Shown here piece by piece: positions 1-8,980 of a stretch of 32,000 nucleotides of DNA; position 1 is the stretch's first letter, and each line of letters opens with the position of its first letter. The stretch is from Megasphaera elsdenii DSM 20460 (GTDB lineage: Bacteria > Bacillota > Negativicutes > Veillonellales > Megasphaeraceae), in NCBI RefSeq assembly GCF_003010495.1, contig NZ_CP027570.1:300001-332000 (forward strand), given 5' to 3'. The notes beneath the pieces are model-generated. The model was not told the DNA's origin. It saw nothing but the letters and a program-made list of their open reading frames with translations, and did not search any database. A program made the translations under genes and the position numbers.

Positions 1-2315
1 ACATTGAGTATCTGCCCTTCGATGGTCTTGACAAATTCGTCAAATTCCCGCGGCGGCAGCTTGAGGATCATCTTGCCCAGAAACTCCGGCACGTACTTGG
101 ATATCTGCGGGTCGCCGATTTCCAGGCCGTTGAACAGTTCCACCGTCAATTCATTCCGCTGGGCATAGGTCATGGTGGAAGCGATCTTGAGCAGGCTGTC
201 GCCGGCGGCGCGGCGGACGAAAATGGATTCGCTGACCTTGAGGAGGTTGGTCAGATGCGTCCCCAGGTGCATGACGCTGCCGGCGTCGCTCTGGCCGTCG
301 ATATAGCGCAGCATGAGTTCCAGGTTGGCCACCTTGACGACCCAATGGGTCCCCATCTTGAGGTCGACCAGGAAGAGATTGCCTTCCCGTTCAAAAAAGG
401 CATCCCGCCCTTCGGGCAGGTCCATGACCGTCAGCAGGTCTTTATAATACAAATCGTCGGAATAGTCGGCGAAGACGTGGCGGGCACAGTTGAGGGCAGC
501 GACGCGCAGGTTGAAGGAATCGCTTTTCCTCGCCGTTTCGACGAAAGGTGCCGCTGCCGCCATGAATCCGTCATCCAGATAAATCCGGTCCATATCGGCC
601 AGGACCTTCAAGAGGATGATATACTCTTCTTCACTGTAGTTGCGCCGCTCGTAGTACGGCCCCATGATGGCCGTATAGCGGCAGCACTGGGACGGGGCGC
701 AGCGCTGCAGAACGGCTGAGATGAATGTACTCAGGCAATAGCCGATCCACAATTTATGCTGTTCTGTGAAGCGGATGTCCGGACAGATGATGCGGTCCAG
801 GTAGGTCGTAAACAAGGACAGGTTGGTCACGGATTTCGCCGGCAGGGAGACGCCTTCGGGCAGTTCCTTCGTATACGTATCGTTGAAGTTGGCAATGATG
901 CGCCCCATGAGAGCGGCTGCCTGCAGGCGGATATCCCCTTCGCGGTGGGACAAGAGCTCGTAGAGGAACTTCAAGGTCATGAGTTTCTGATGTTCCGTCA
1001 TGTACGTCGAATATTCCTCGAAAATGCCGATATACGTGCGGACATTCTTCCACAGCCGTTCGCTTCGGGCCGCTTCGATGAGGTTGCCGAAATCGCTTTC
1101 ATCGCGGAAGATGCTCATGAGGCGGATATTGTGGTCGATGGCGGCATATTTGAGCTGGTCAATGACGTCGTTGCCTTCGAGGAGGACCTTTTCCCGATGG
1201 ACGGGCTGCGGCGGGTCGGCCGGCTGCCAGGCAAAGTCCGCCGGCAGTTCCGTGACGACGCCGTGTTCTTCCATAAAGGCTTCAAAATCCGCCAGTTTGG
1301 CATAGACTTTCTGGTAACGCTGGCGCTTGGCTTCATCGACATTATCCAGTTTGCCTAAGATGACATCGAAGGCTTCGGCCAGGGAATAGAAATGGACGAT
1401 TTCCTTGCCCTTATCATTGCGGCTGCTCTTGACGCGGAAGTCGGCATAGATGAGGAGCAGCGATTCGACGGACAAGTTTTCCAGCTCCAGGTCCCATACC
1501 GAATGGTTCGCCGCGATGTGACCGATAGCCGGCAGGCCCAGGCGGCGGCAGCACATGCCCGTATAATAATAATGTAAATAAGGGACGCGCTTTTCTTCAT
1601 TCTTCTTGCAGCCATATTTGCCGATATCGTGGCAGGCGGCGGCGCCGGAAATGAGGGCCACGTCGACGGGGATGCCGTTCCGGGCCAGCTGGCGGGCCGC
1701 ATAGACGGCGACGTAATGGACGCCGCCGACATGACCGAGCGTATTGAACGGCGTAATATCGATGCCGATGCGCATAAATTCATAAATATAATCATCAGTG
1801 GCCAGCATCCGCAGGCGGAGGTATTCCTTGATGTAGCCTTTACGGGCGATTTCTTCCGCTGGAATGAGTGGCATGTCCTTTTTCGGATCAAAAGGCAATA
1901 CGTTCCGTTCATAGTGATAGAGGCCGCGAAGGAGCTGCATAAAAATGAGGCAGCCCTGGCGATAGATATCCCCTTGGGCCCCGCGGCCTACAGCCGCTTC
2001 CAATTCCCGGTTCCCCTGACAGGACCCGGGGAACAGCCGGACCAGGACCCGCCGGTAGCAGCATTTCAGCCAACCTCCGGGCGGTTCCTGGCGAAGGCAA
2101 TCCAAGTACAGCTGCGCTGCCGCCAGGACCTGTGGCGACAGGAAACGCCCATCTTCATCGCGGCATCCTTGCAGCTCATCGGCCAGGGCCCGCAGATGGC
2201 TGCGGCGGATCCAGGCCGTCATTTCCTCTTTGTCCATTCCCAGCGTCGCTAAAAAATGCCGGCTCTCCAAGGCCGCCGTCATGGACGTGAAAATGGCTGT
2301 CGTTGAATCTTTCAT
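1..2315 (-). CDS. Large HD-domain (metal-dependent phosphohydrolase) protein with HEAT-like helical repeats. Only the N-terminal ~771 codons are present; the 3' end runs off the window.
   Basis: Missing from the ORF track because there is no in-window stop. The reverse frame from ATG 2315-2313 (SD-like GCGAGGTAGG just upstream) stays open to base 1. My translation is MKDSTTAIFTSMTAALESRHF... It contains GHVGGVHYVAVYAARQL...AACHDIGKYGC...LIYADFRV (HD signature). HEAT-like repeats follow (DIRLQAAALMGRII, NLRVAALNCARHVF, VRRAAGDSLLKIAS). Confidence 0.75.
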   Translation of the reverse strand, partial: MKDSTTAIFTSMTAALESRHFLATLGMDKEEMTAWIRRSHLRALADELQGCRDEDGRFLSPQVLAAAQLYLDCLRQEPPGGWLKCCYRRVLVRLFPGSCQGNRELEAAVGRGAQGDIYRQGCLIFMQLLRGLYHYERNVLPFDPKKDMPLIPAEEIARKGYIKEYLRLRMLATDDYIYEFMRIGIDITPFNTLGHVGGVHYVAVYAARQLARNGIPVDVALISGAAACHDIGKYGCKKNEEKRVPYLHYYYTGMCCRRLGLPAIGHIAANHSVWDLELENLSVESLLLIYADFRVKSSRNDKGKEIVHFYSLAEAFDVILGKLDNVDEAKRQRYQKVYAKLADFEAFMEEHGVVTELPADFAWQPADPPQPVHREKVLLEGNDVIDQLKYAAIDHNIRLMSIFRDESDFGNLIEAARSERLWKNVRTYIGIFEEYSTYMTEHQKLMTLKFLYELLSHREGDIRLQAAALMGRIIANFNDTYTKELPEGVSLPAKSVTNLSLFTTYLDRIICPDIRFTEQHKLWIGYCLSTFISAVLQRCAPSQCCRYTAIMGPYYERRNYSEEEYIILLKVLADMDRIYLDDGFMAAAAPFVETARKSDSFNLRVAALNCARHVFADYSDDLYYKDLLTVMDLPEGRDAFFEREGNLFLVDLKMGTHWVVKVANLELMLRYIDGQSDAGSVMHLGTHLTNLLKVSESIFVRRAAGDSLLKIASTMTYAQRNELTVELFNGLEIGDPQISKYVPEFLGKMILKLPPREFDEFVKTIEGQILN

Positions 2316-2342
2316 AACCTACCTCGCTTTCCTTATAGTCAT

Positions 2343-2377
2343 AAAAAAAGGCTCGTCGCCGAGCGACAAGCCTTTTT
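2343..2377 (-). terminator. Intrinsic terminator after the ccpN-ppsR operon
   Basis: GGCTCGTCGC / GCGACAAGCC stem (one mismatch) with a 3-nt loop. An A7 run at 2343-2349 reads as a U-tract on the minus strand, and T5 lies on the other side. Confidence 0.7.
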
Positions 2378-2401
2378 CCCGCTAGCCGCCATTGGCTAAC
2401 T

Positions 2402-3223
2402 TTATTCTGGATACAGTTCTTTGTTCCGTTTTACGATTTCCATGACCAAGTTGGCCGTTTCTTCGATGGCCTTGGACGACACATCGATGATGGGACAATG
2501 GAGACGGCGCATGACGCCGCGGGCATATTCCAGTTCTTCATTGATCCGTTCGATGTTGGCATAGCTGGCATTGGCATCGAGGCCCATGCTGCGCAGGCGT
2601 TCAGACCGGATGAAGTTCAGCTTGAACGGGTCGATGATGAGGCCGACGATCTTGCGGGCCGGGATCTGGAACAATTCCGGCGGCAGGCTGACTTCCGGTA
2701 CCAGCGGCAGGTTGGCCGCTTTGATACGCTTATGAGCCAAGTACATAGAAAGGGGCGTCTTCGACGTACGCGATACGCCAACGATGACGATATCGGCCTT
2801 CAAGAAGCCCATGGGGTTCTTGCCATCGTCGTATTTGACGGCAAATTCAATGGCTTCGACGCGTTTGAAATACTCTTCGTCGAGCTGGTGGATCATGCCG
2901 GCTTTCAACGTCGGTTCCGTATCGGTCAAGGTGCCGACACCGGCCAGCATGGGGCCGATGATGTCGACGACGGTAACGTTGGCCGTCTTGGTCAGTTCCC
3001 GCAGCTTCCGGCGCAGGGATGGGGAAATGATCGTATAGCAGATCATGGCCTTGTTGGCTTCGGCTTTGCAGACCAGTTCTTCGATCTGCTGTTCCGACCG
3101 GATATACGGCACACGGATGATGTTAAATTCCTGTTTGTCATACTGGCTGGCTGCTGCCCGGGCCACGCGTTCGGCTGTTTCACCGAGCGAGTCAGAGCAA
3201 GCATAAATAATCGGTTTTTCCAC
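2402..3223 (-). CDS. ppsR: PEP synthase regulatory protein (bifunctional kinase/pyrophosphorylase, DUF299 family; B. subtilis YqfL type)
   Basis: Track ORF 2402..3247. It contains the P-loop GVSRTSKTP and the family-typical IIYACSDSLGETAE N-terminus. I prefer the GTG at 3223-3221, which has a strong GGGAGGAG SD 6 nt upstream and lies 2 nt after the ccpN stop. The ATG at 3247 would overlap ccpN by 22 nt. Confidence 0.85.
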   Translation of the reverse strand: MEKPIIYACSDSLGETAERVARAAASQYDKQEFNIIRVPYIRSEQQIEELVCKAEANKAMICYTIISPSLRRKLRELTKTANVTVVDIIGPMLAGVGTLTDTEPTLKAGMIHQLDEEYFKRVEAIEFAVKYDDGKNPMGFLKADIVIVGVSRTSKTPLSMYLAHKRIKAANLPLVPEVSLPPELFQIPARKIVGLIIDPFKLNFIRSERLRSMGLDANASYANIERINEELEYARGVMRRLHCPIIDVSSKAIEETANLVMEIVKRNKELYPE

Positions 3224-3225
3224 GG

Positions 3226-3864
3226 TTATCTCCTCCCTAACCCACATTCTACAAAGAGACGGGTTATGTTCGTTTTTGATATTCTGCCCAGGACCTTCAA
3301 TTCCTTCTTGTCATCTTCGTCAGTCCCTTTGACCTCGACGACGGGCAGGCAGTCGATTTCATATTCGATCAGGCGCTGAGCCGCGACGATCGCCTTTTCT
3401 TCTGGCTGGGCGTAAATCACCTTGCTCACAGGCGTCATGACCATGCGTACCGGCAGGGCCCGAAGGTCATTGCTGCCCATAGCGGTTTTCAATAAATCCT
3501 TTCGCGATACGACGCCGGCCAGGATATTGTCCGTCCCGACAAATACGGTCCCCACGTCTTCCGTAAACATGGCGATGATGGCATCGTAAGCACTCGTATG
3601 CTCGCCGACGATCACCGGCTGAGACAGGCAGGAATCAATGGTAATATCCGTAATAGCCCGTGAGAGCAGGTCTTTCTCTTTGTTGCCCGTAAAAAAATAG
3701 CCTAATTTCGGCCGCGCATCGATGAGCCCTAACATGGTCAAGATGGCCAGGTCCGAGCGCAAAGCTGCCCGCGTCACGTGGAGCCGGTTGGCAATATGCT
3801 GGCCCGTAATCGGACTGTTTTCCTTTACAATCTGTAAAATCGTTTCCTGACGTTCCGATAACAT
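3226..3864 (-). CDS. ccpN: CcpN-type transcriptional repressor of gluconeogenic genes (HTH plus two CBS domains)
   Basis: N-terminus RQETILQIVKENSPITGQHIANRLHVTRAALRSDLAILTMLGLIDARPKLGYFFTG closely matches remembered B. subtilis CcpN. CBS-like repeats follow. SD GGGGGTGA. It is immediately followed by the yqfL/ppsR homologue, as in Bacillus. Confidence 0.85.
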   Translation of the reverse strand: MLSERQETILQIVKENSPITGQHIANRLHVTRAALRSDLAILTMLGLIDARPKLGYFFTGNKEKDLLSRAITDITIDSCLSQPVIVGEHTSAYDAIIAMFTEDVGTVFVGTDNILAGVVSRKDLLKTAMGSNDLRALPVRMVMTPVSKVIYAQPEEKAIVAAQRLIEYEIDCLPVVEVKGTDEDDKKELKVLGRISKTNITRLFVECGLGRR

Positions 3865-3992
3865 AGCGTCTTTTCACCCCCTATATAGCAAGCGTTCTCT
3901 TATTCACTTATTATCATAACATATATAAAAACATCCCGCGATATAAGATGTATAATATGCAAATAGTGTATAATACAAGGCCGTAGTATGAG

Positions 3993-4036
3993 AAAAAGGC
4001 GGCCCAAAAGTCTGCTTTTCTTTTGGGACCGCCTTT
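3993..4036 (-). terminator. Intrinsic terminator of ppsA
   Basis: GGCGGCCCAAAAG / CTTTTGGGACCGCC stem (one mismatch) at 3998-4033. A5 at 3993-3997 gives the U-tract on the minus strand. Confidence 0.75.
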
Positions 4037-4069
4037 CTATTACTCATAAATCGGATATGCTATTACCAA

Positions 4070-6478
4070 TTACCACGTATAGTCTTCCGTATCAGCACGG
4101 CCCTTGCCTGTCAGCGAATCGAGGAGGATACGCTGTTCGACTTGTGCTACGTGTTTCCGTGTCGATACGACAGCGTCGGGGTTGACCGAGATGGAATCGA
4201 TGCCGCTCTTGACCAGAAATTCGGCGAAGTCCGGATAGACGCTCGGCGCCTGGCCGCAGATGGAAACGGTCTTACCGTCTTTGTGAGCAACCGTGATGAG
4301 ATGGCGGATAGCCCGTTTGACAGCCAGGTTGCGTTCATCGAAGAGCGGTGCGACTGTATCGTTGTCGCGGTCGCAGCCCATGACGAGCATGGTCAGGTCG
4401 TTGGAGCCGATGGAATAGCCATCGACGAACTGATTGAACTGGTCAGCCAGGATGATGTTGGCCGGGATTTCAGCCATGAGCCATACTTTGAAGTCCGGAC
4501 CGCGATGGAGGCCTTCCTGAGCCATGAGGTCGACGACTTTCTGCATTTCATCGACGCGGCGGCAGAAGGGAATCATGACGTTGAGGTTCTTGAAACCGTA
4601 TTCTTCACGGACTTTGCGGACGGCTTTCAATTCCAGTTTGAACGCTTCGACGTATTTCGGGTCATAGTAACGGGAAGCACCGCGCCAGCCGAGGAGGGCG
4701 CTGCTTTCCTGGGGTTCGTATTTATCACCGCCCGTCAGGTTGCGGTATTCACTCGATTTGAAGTCGCTCAGGCGCAGCGTGACCGGACGCGGAGCCAGTG
4801 CCTGGCAGACCTTGCGGATGCCTTCGGACAGCTGATCGACGACGTAGTCAGCCCGGCCCGTTTCGATGAGATACAAAGGATGTTCGTGAATGAACGTCGT
4901 CCAGATAAATTCTTCACGCATGAGGCCGATGCCATCGCAAGGCAGTTTGCCGTATTTTTCAGCCAGATCCGGGTTGCCCAGGTTCATGTAGATTTTCGTG
5001 CCCGTAATCGGTGCGGCTTCGGCAGCGACGACTGTCGTTGCAGCCTGGCCGGCCGGAGCTTCGGCAGCTTCCGGTTTGACGATGTCGGCGACGATGCCTT
5101 CATAGACGATGCCGTTCGTCGCATCGACCGTGATTTCTGCGCCATCTTGGATGGTCGTCGTCGCTTCGACGCTGCGGCTCTTCGTGCCGACGATGCAGGG
5201 GATGCCCAGTTCACGGCTGACGATGGAAGCGTGACAGGTCATGCCGCCGGCATCGGTGACGATAGCTTTGGCCTTCTTCATGGCCGGAACCCAGTCCGGT
5301 GCCGTCATGGTCGTTACCAGGATTTCGCCGTCTTTGAATTCAGCGATTTTAGCCGGGTCGAGGATGACATGAGCTTTGCCAGCGGCACTGCCCGGGCTGG
5401 CCGGCAGGCCTTTGACGACGACTTTGCGGTCCGTCGTGACAGCAGCCTTAGCGGCAGCAGCTTCTTTCTTTTCTTTATTCTTCTTGGACCAGACTGTTTC
5501 CGGACGGGCCTGGAGGAGCCATACCTTATTGGTCCGTTCATCGACGCCCCATTCCATATCCATGTAGCAGCCGTAATGTTTTTCAATGGCTTTGGCATAT
5601 GTAGCCAGTTCTTTGACCTGTTCGTCCGTAATGACCTGCTGTTTCTGCAGTTCCGGCGGAACGAGTTTTTCTTCGCAGTCACCGCCCGGTTTGCGGACCA
5701 GTTCAATCGGTTTGGTATTGATCATCTTGGAGAGGATGGTCAAGTCATCTTTGCGGACTTTGAAGTTATCCGGCGTAACCGTGCCCTGTACGACGTATTC
5801 GCCGAGGCCCCAGGCGCCTTCGATGGTAATCGTCGAATCGTCGCCCGTGACCAGGTCGACCGTGAACATGACGCCGGCGGCTTTGGAGAAGACCATCATC
5901 TGGATGGCGGCGCTCAAAGCGACGGAGAGATGATCGAAGCCCTGTTTCGTACGATAGTACGTAGCGCGGTCCGTAAAGGTCGATGCATAACATTCCTTGA
6001 CCTTCTGGATGACCATGTCAGCGCCCTGGACGTTGAGGTACGTGTCCTGCTGGCCGGCAAAGCTGGCATCAGGCAAATCTTCTGCCGTTGCACTGGAACG
6101 GACGGCGACGAAGGGATTGGCTTCGCCGACTTTCTTGCCCAATTCTTCATAACTCTTGCGGATGTCTGCTGCCAAATCAGCCGGCATTTCAGCATCGCAG
6201 ATTGCCTTGCGGATCTTAGCCGTGACATCGCGGAGCTGGACAGCGTCTTCGACGTCAGTCAGGCCTTTCAGCAATTCCGGGATGGTGACGTCCATGCCCG
6301 TTTCATGCATGAAATGACGATAGCCTTCTGCCGTCGTCGCAAACCCATAGGGAACGGGGACATCCGTCTGGGATGTCAATTCACCAAGGGAAGACGATTT
6401 CCCGCCTACGAGGGAAACATCAGCCCTGCGCAGTTCATCGAACCACAATACATATGCTTTTTCTCTGTCCTTTGCCAT
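4070..6478 (-). CDS. ppsA: Phosphoenolpyruvate synthase (pyruvate, water dikinase)
   Basis: 802 aa. N-terminus YVLWFDELRRADVSLVGGKSSSLGEL and SSATAEDLPDASFAGQQDT parallel E. coli PpsA. Phospho-His motif GGMTCHASIVSRELGIPCIVG. C-terminal PEP-utilising domain (SIGSNDLTMLVMGCDRDN). The size fits PpsA rather than PPDK. SD GCAGGAGGTAAGG. Confidence 0.93.
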   Translation of the reverse strand: MAKDREKAYVLWFDELRRADVSLVGGKSSSLGELTSQTDVPVPYGFATTAEGYRHFMHETGMDVTIPELLKGLTDVEDAVQLRDVTAKIRKAICDAEMPADLAADIRKSYEELGKKVGEANPFVAVRSSATAEDLPDASFAGQQDTYLNVQGADMVIQKVKECYASTFTDRATYYRTKQGFDHLSVALSAAIQMMVFSKAAGVMFTVDLVTGDDSTITIEGAWGLGEYVVQGTVTPDNFKVRKDDLTILSKMINTKPIELVRKPGGDCEEKLVPPELQKQQVITDEQVKELATYAKAIEKHYGCYMDMEWGVDERTNKVWLLQARPETVWSKKNKEKKEAAAAKAAVTTDRKVVVKGLPASPGSAAGKAHVILDPAKIAEFKDGEILVTTMTAPDWVPAMKKAKAIVTDAGGMTCHASIVSRELGIPCIVGTKSRSVEATTTIQDGAEITVDATNGIVYEGIVADIVKPEAAEAPAGQAATTVVAAEAAPITGTKIYMNLGNPDLAEKYGKLPCDGIGLMREEFIWTTFIHEHPLYLIETGRADYVVDQLSEGIRKVCQALAPRPVTLRLSDFKSSEYRNLTGGDKYEPQESSALLGWRGASRYYDPKYVEAFKLELKAVRKVREEYGFKNLNVMIPFCRRVDEMQKVVDLMAQEGLHRGPDFKVWLMAEIPANIILADQFNQFVDGYSIGSNDLTMLVMGCDRDNDTVAPLFDERNLAVKRAIRHLITVAHKDGKTVSICGQAPSVYPDFAEFLVKSGIDSISVNPDAVVSTRKHVAQVEQRILLDSLTGKGRADTEDYTW

Positions 6479-6539
6479 AATCCTTACCTCCTGCTGCTAT
6501 ACCCAAGCGTGTACGCTAAATTGTCTGCTTGTTACGTTT

Positions 6540-6568
6540 ATAGTACGCTATTTATTTGTAAATGTCAA
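6540..6568 (-). promoter_or_regulatory. Candidate sigma-70-type promoter of ppsA
   Basis: On the minus strand: TTGACA (6568-6563), 17-nt spacer, TACTAT (6545-6540). This leaves a leader of about 60 nt before the SD. Confidence 0.45.
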
Positions 6569-6797
6569 TGGCCTTTCTTAAAAAGCTATGTGATACCTCT
6601 TTTAATGGTATACTATATGTGAAATATTTTCAGAATCCGTATAGCGTAAAACGATTTAAGTCCCAAAAACGCTTTAAATTTTCTCAACCTGCCCTGCCTA
6701 TATAGGATAATAATGGCGGATGTGATATAATAAGAAACTAGTAATGTTTCATTACCTGCTCATCTTGAACGATTATGTCGTCACGTAGGAGGAAAAT

Positions 6798-8840
6798 ATG
6801 TATACACCCAGACGCAGAGCAAAAAAAGCCAAAAAAGCCGGTCCCCTTCGCCGCATCCGCCTTTTCATCGCCTTATGCCTTGTCGTTTTCGCAGGCCTAG
6901 GCTTTGGCTATATTTTTGCAGCCTATCAAAGTTTGCCTGCCGTAGGCAATAACATGCGGCCTGCCGTTTCATCGCAGGTCTTCGATTCCCACGGCCGGCT
7001 GATTACGACCCTTCATTCCGACCAGAACCGCTTGCCCATCGACATCAATAAAGTGCCGCAGAACCTGCAGAACGCCTTCATCGCTGCCGAAGACAACCGC
7101 TTCTATGAACACATCGGCATCGACCCCATCGGCATCTTCCGCGCCATCTTTGCCAACCTGACAAACCGCGGCATCGCCCAGGGCGGCAGTACCATCACCC
7201 AGCAGCTGGCCAAGAATGCCTTCTTGTCCCAGGAACAGACATTGAAGCGTAAGATACAGGAAGCCATGCTGGCCCTGGAAATCGAACACAAATACAGTAA
7301 AAAAGAAATCCTGGAAATGTACATGAACCAGATCTACTTCGGCCAGGGCGCCTATGGCATCCAGACAGCGGCTAAGACGTATTTCAATAAAGACGTCAAC
7401 GAACTGAGCCTGACGCAGTGTGCCATGCTGGCCGGCCTGCCCAAGAGCCCGAACTACTACTCGCCGTTCAACAACCTGAACGAAGCCAAGAAGCGCAAGA
7501 ACGTCGTCCTCGACCAGATGGTCAAATACGGCTACGTATCGGCAGCAGAAGCGGAAGACGCCAAGAACCAGGACCTGGGCCTCTCCAAGAGCCACCAGGC
7601 GAAAGAAGCCGACGAATACGCTTCCTTCATCGACTACGTCTCCCAGCAGGTCGCCAAGAAATACGGCGACGATGCCCTCTATAAAGAAGGCCTCAAGATC
7701 TACACGACCATGGACGTCGACAAACAACACGCCGCCGTCCGGGCCATGCGCAACCTGCCCAACAACTATACCGACGAAAACGGCCTGACCCAGCCGCAGG
7801 CGGCTCTCGTCTCCATCGACCCCAAGACGGGCCATATCCTGGCCATGGTCGGCGGCCGCGGACAGGACAGCTTCAACCGCGCCAGCATGGCCGTCCGCCA
7901 GCCGGGTTCGGCCTTCAAGCCCTTCGTCTACCTGACGGCACTGCAGCACGACATGACGCCGGATACGACCATGAAAGACCAGCCCGTCACCTACGGCGGC
8001 TGGAGTCCGAAGAACGCCGGCGGCTCCTACAGCGGCGCTATGAGCCTCAGCGATGCCCTGGCCCACTCGGTCAACACCATCGCCGTCCAGCTGGCTGACG
8101 AAGTCGGCACCAAGAACATCATCGCCAACGCCAAGAAGATGGGCATCACCACCCTCGACGCCAAAGACGACAACCTGGCCATGGCCCTGGGCGGCCTGAC
8201 CCGGGGCGTCACGCCTCTGGAAATGGCCAGTGCCTACGGCACCTTCGCCAATAAAGGCGTCCACGTCAAACCGACGGCCATCGTCAAGATCCTCGACCGC
8301 AACGGCAACGTCCTGGAAGATTCGTCGACGTTAGAAAAAGAAGAAACGAAGACCCGCGTCATGTCCGAACGGGAAGCCTATGAAATGACGACCATGCTCG
8401 AAGGCGTCATCGACCACGGCACAGGGCGGGCTGCCGCCATCGGCCGTCCGGCAGCCGGCAAGACCGGGACGACGGACGACAACAAAGACGCCTGGTTCGT
8501 CGGCTACACGCCGGATATCGTCACGGCCGTCTGGATCGGCGACGATACAGGAGCCCACAGCTTAGGCGACATCTACGGTGGCACGGTCCCGGCCGAAATC
8601 TGGCGCGACTACATGTCGTCGGCCACGTCCGATGAATCGGGTGGCGACTTCTCCGCTCCGTCCGGCATGGAACGCCGCAAAGAGACGGCATCATCCAATA
8701 AGAGCTCGTCCCGCAGCGATGACCGGGAAGAACCAAAGAAAAAATCGGCAACGTCAGAAAAACCGACGACCAAAGAAAAATCCAAACAACAGACCCAGCA
8801 GCCGGCCAAACAACAAGCCGACCGCAATAATAAGGAATAA
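6798..8840 (+). CDS. Class A penicillin-binding protein (glycosyltransferase plus transpeptidase) with a disordered Ser/Lys/Gln-rich C-terminal tail
   Basis: SD GGAGGA 7 nt upstream. N-terminal basic stretch plus a TM segment. GT51 motifs EDNRFYEHIGID and GGSTITQQLAKN. Transpeptidase motifs SAFKP (SxxK), SVN and KTGTT. Confidence 0.93.
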   Translation: MYTPRRRAKKAKKAGPLRRIRLFIALCLVVFAGLGFGYIFAAYQSLPAVGNNMRPAVSSQVFDSHGRLITTLHSDQNRLPIDINKVPQNLQNAFIAAEDNRFYEHIGIDPIGIFRAIFANLTNRGIAQGGSTITQQLAKNAFLSQEQTLKRKIQEAMLALEIEHKYSKKEILEMYMNQIYFGQGAYGIQTAAKTYFNKDVNELSLTQCAMLAGLPKSPNYYSPFNNLNEAKKRKNVVLDQMVKYGYVSAAEAEDAKNQDLGLSKSHQAKEADEYASFIDYVSQQVAKKYGDDALYKEGLKIYTTMDVDKQHAAVRAMRNLPNNYTDENGLTQPQAALVSIDPKTGHILAMVGGRGQDSFNRASMAVRQPGSAFKPFVYLTALQHDMTPDTTMKDQPVTYGGWSPKNAGGSYSGAMSLSDALAHSVNTIAVQLADEVGTKNIIANAKKMGITTLDAKDDNLAMALGGLTRGVTPLEMASAYGTFANKGVHVKPTAIVKILDRNGNVLEDSSTLEKEETKTRVMSEREAYEMTTMLEGVIDHGTGRAAAIGRPAAGKTGTTDDNKDAWFVGYTPDIVTAVWIGDDTGAHSLGDIYGGTVPAEIWRDYMSSATSDESGGDFSAPSGMERRKETASSNKSSSRSDDREEPKKKSATSEKPTTKEKSKQQTQQPAKQQADRNNKE

Positions 8841-8842
8841 GG

Positions 8843-8874
8843 AAAAAGGCGCTGTCTTACGACAGCGCCTTTTT
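8843..8874. terminator. Bidirectional intrinsic terminator shared by the convergent PBP and CoA-transferase operons
   Basis: A5-GGCGCTGTC-TTAC-GACAGCGCC-T5, a perfect 9-bp stem. Confidence 0.8.
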
Positions 8875-8980
8875 AGTGGTTCGTAGTTAATGGCTCGTAG
8901 CTCGTGGTTCGTAGGGGCCGGCCCATTCGGGACACCTCTCCTAGCAGGAGAGGCTTACGAAGCCTTCGTGCGGCCTCCCC
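8875..8980. repeat. Intergenic modular repeat, copy R1 (C-type heptamer array plus hairpin modules; no second array)
   Basis: Heptamers GTGGTTC GTAGTTA ATGGCTC GTAGCTC GTGGTTC GTAGGGG at 8876-8917. Hairpins follow: CTCTCCT-agc-AGGAGAG (8936-8952) and AGGCTT-acg-AAGCCT (8951-8965). Confidence 0.8.

Noticed and set aside
4142-6622. 826-aa plus-strand ORF, the longest in the track
   Set aside because: It is the antisense shadow of ppsA. Its translation is low-complexity (rich in D, R, F, G and V) with no recognisable motifs or SD. The opposite strand encodes an unmistakable PEP synthase. Rare TTA/CTA/TCA codons in the real genes leave the antisense frame free of stops.
6969-8264. Long antisense ORFs opposite real genes. 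Examples: 6969..8264 (-), 13181..14404 (-), 17308..18432 (-), 18441..19610 (-), 22156..23385 (+), 29440..30711 (+), 2498..3379 (+), 10237..11193 (+), 24596..25204 (+), and 255..719, 756..1358 and 1629..2252 (+).
   Set aside because: The same codon-bias artefact applies. Each overlaps, on the other strand, a gene with clear family signatures. None has a convincing SD or start context or protein-like composition.
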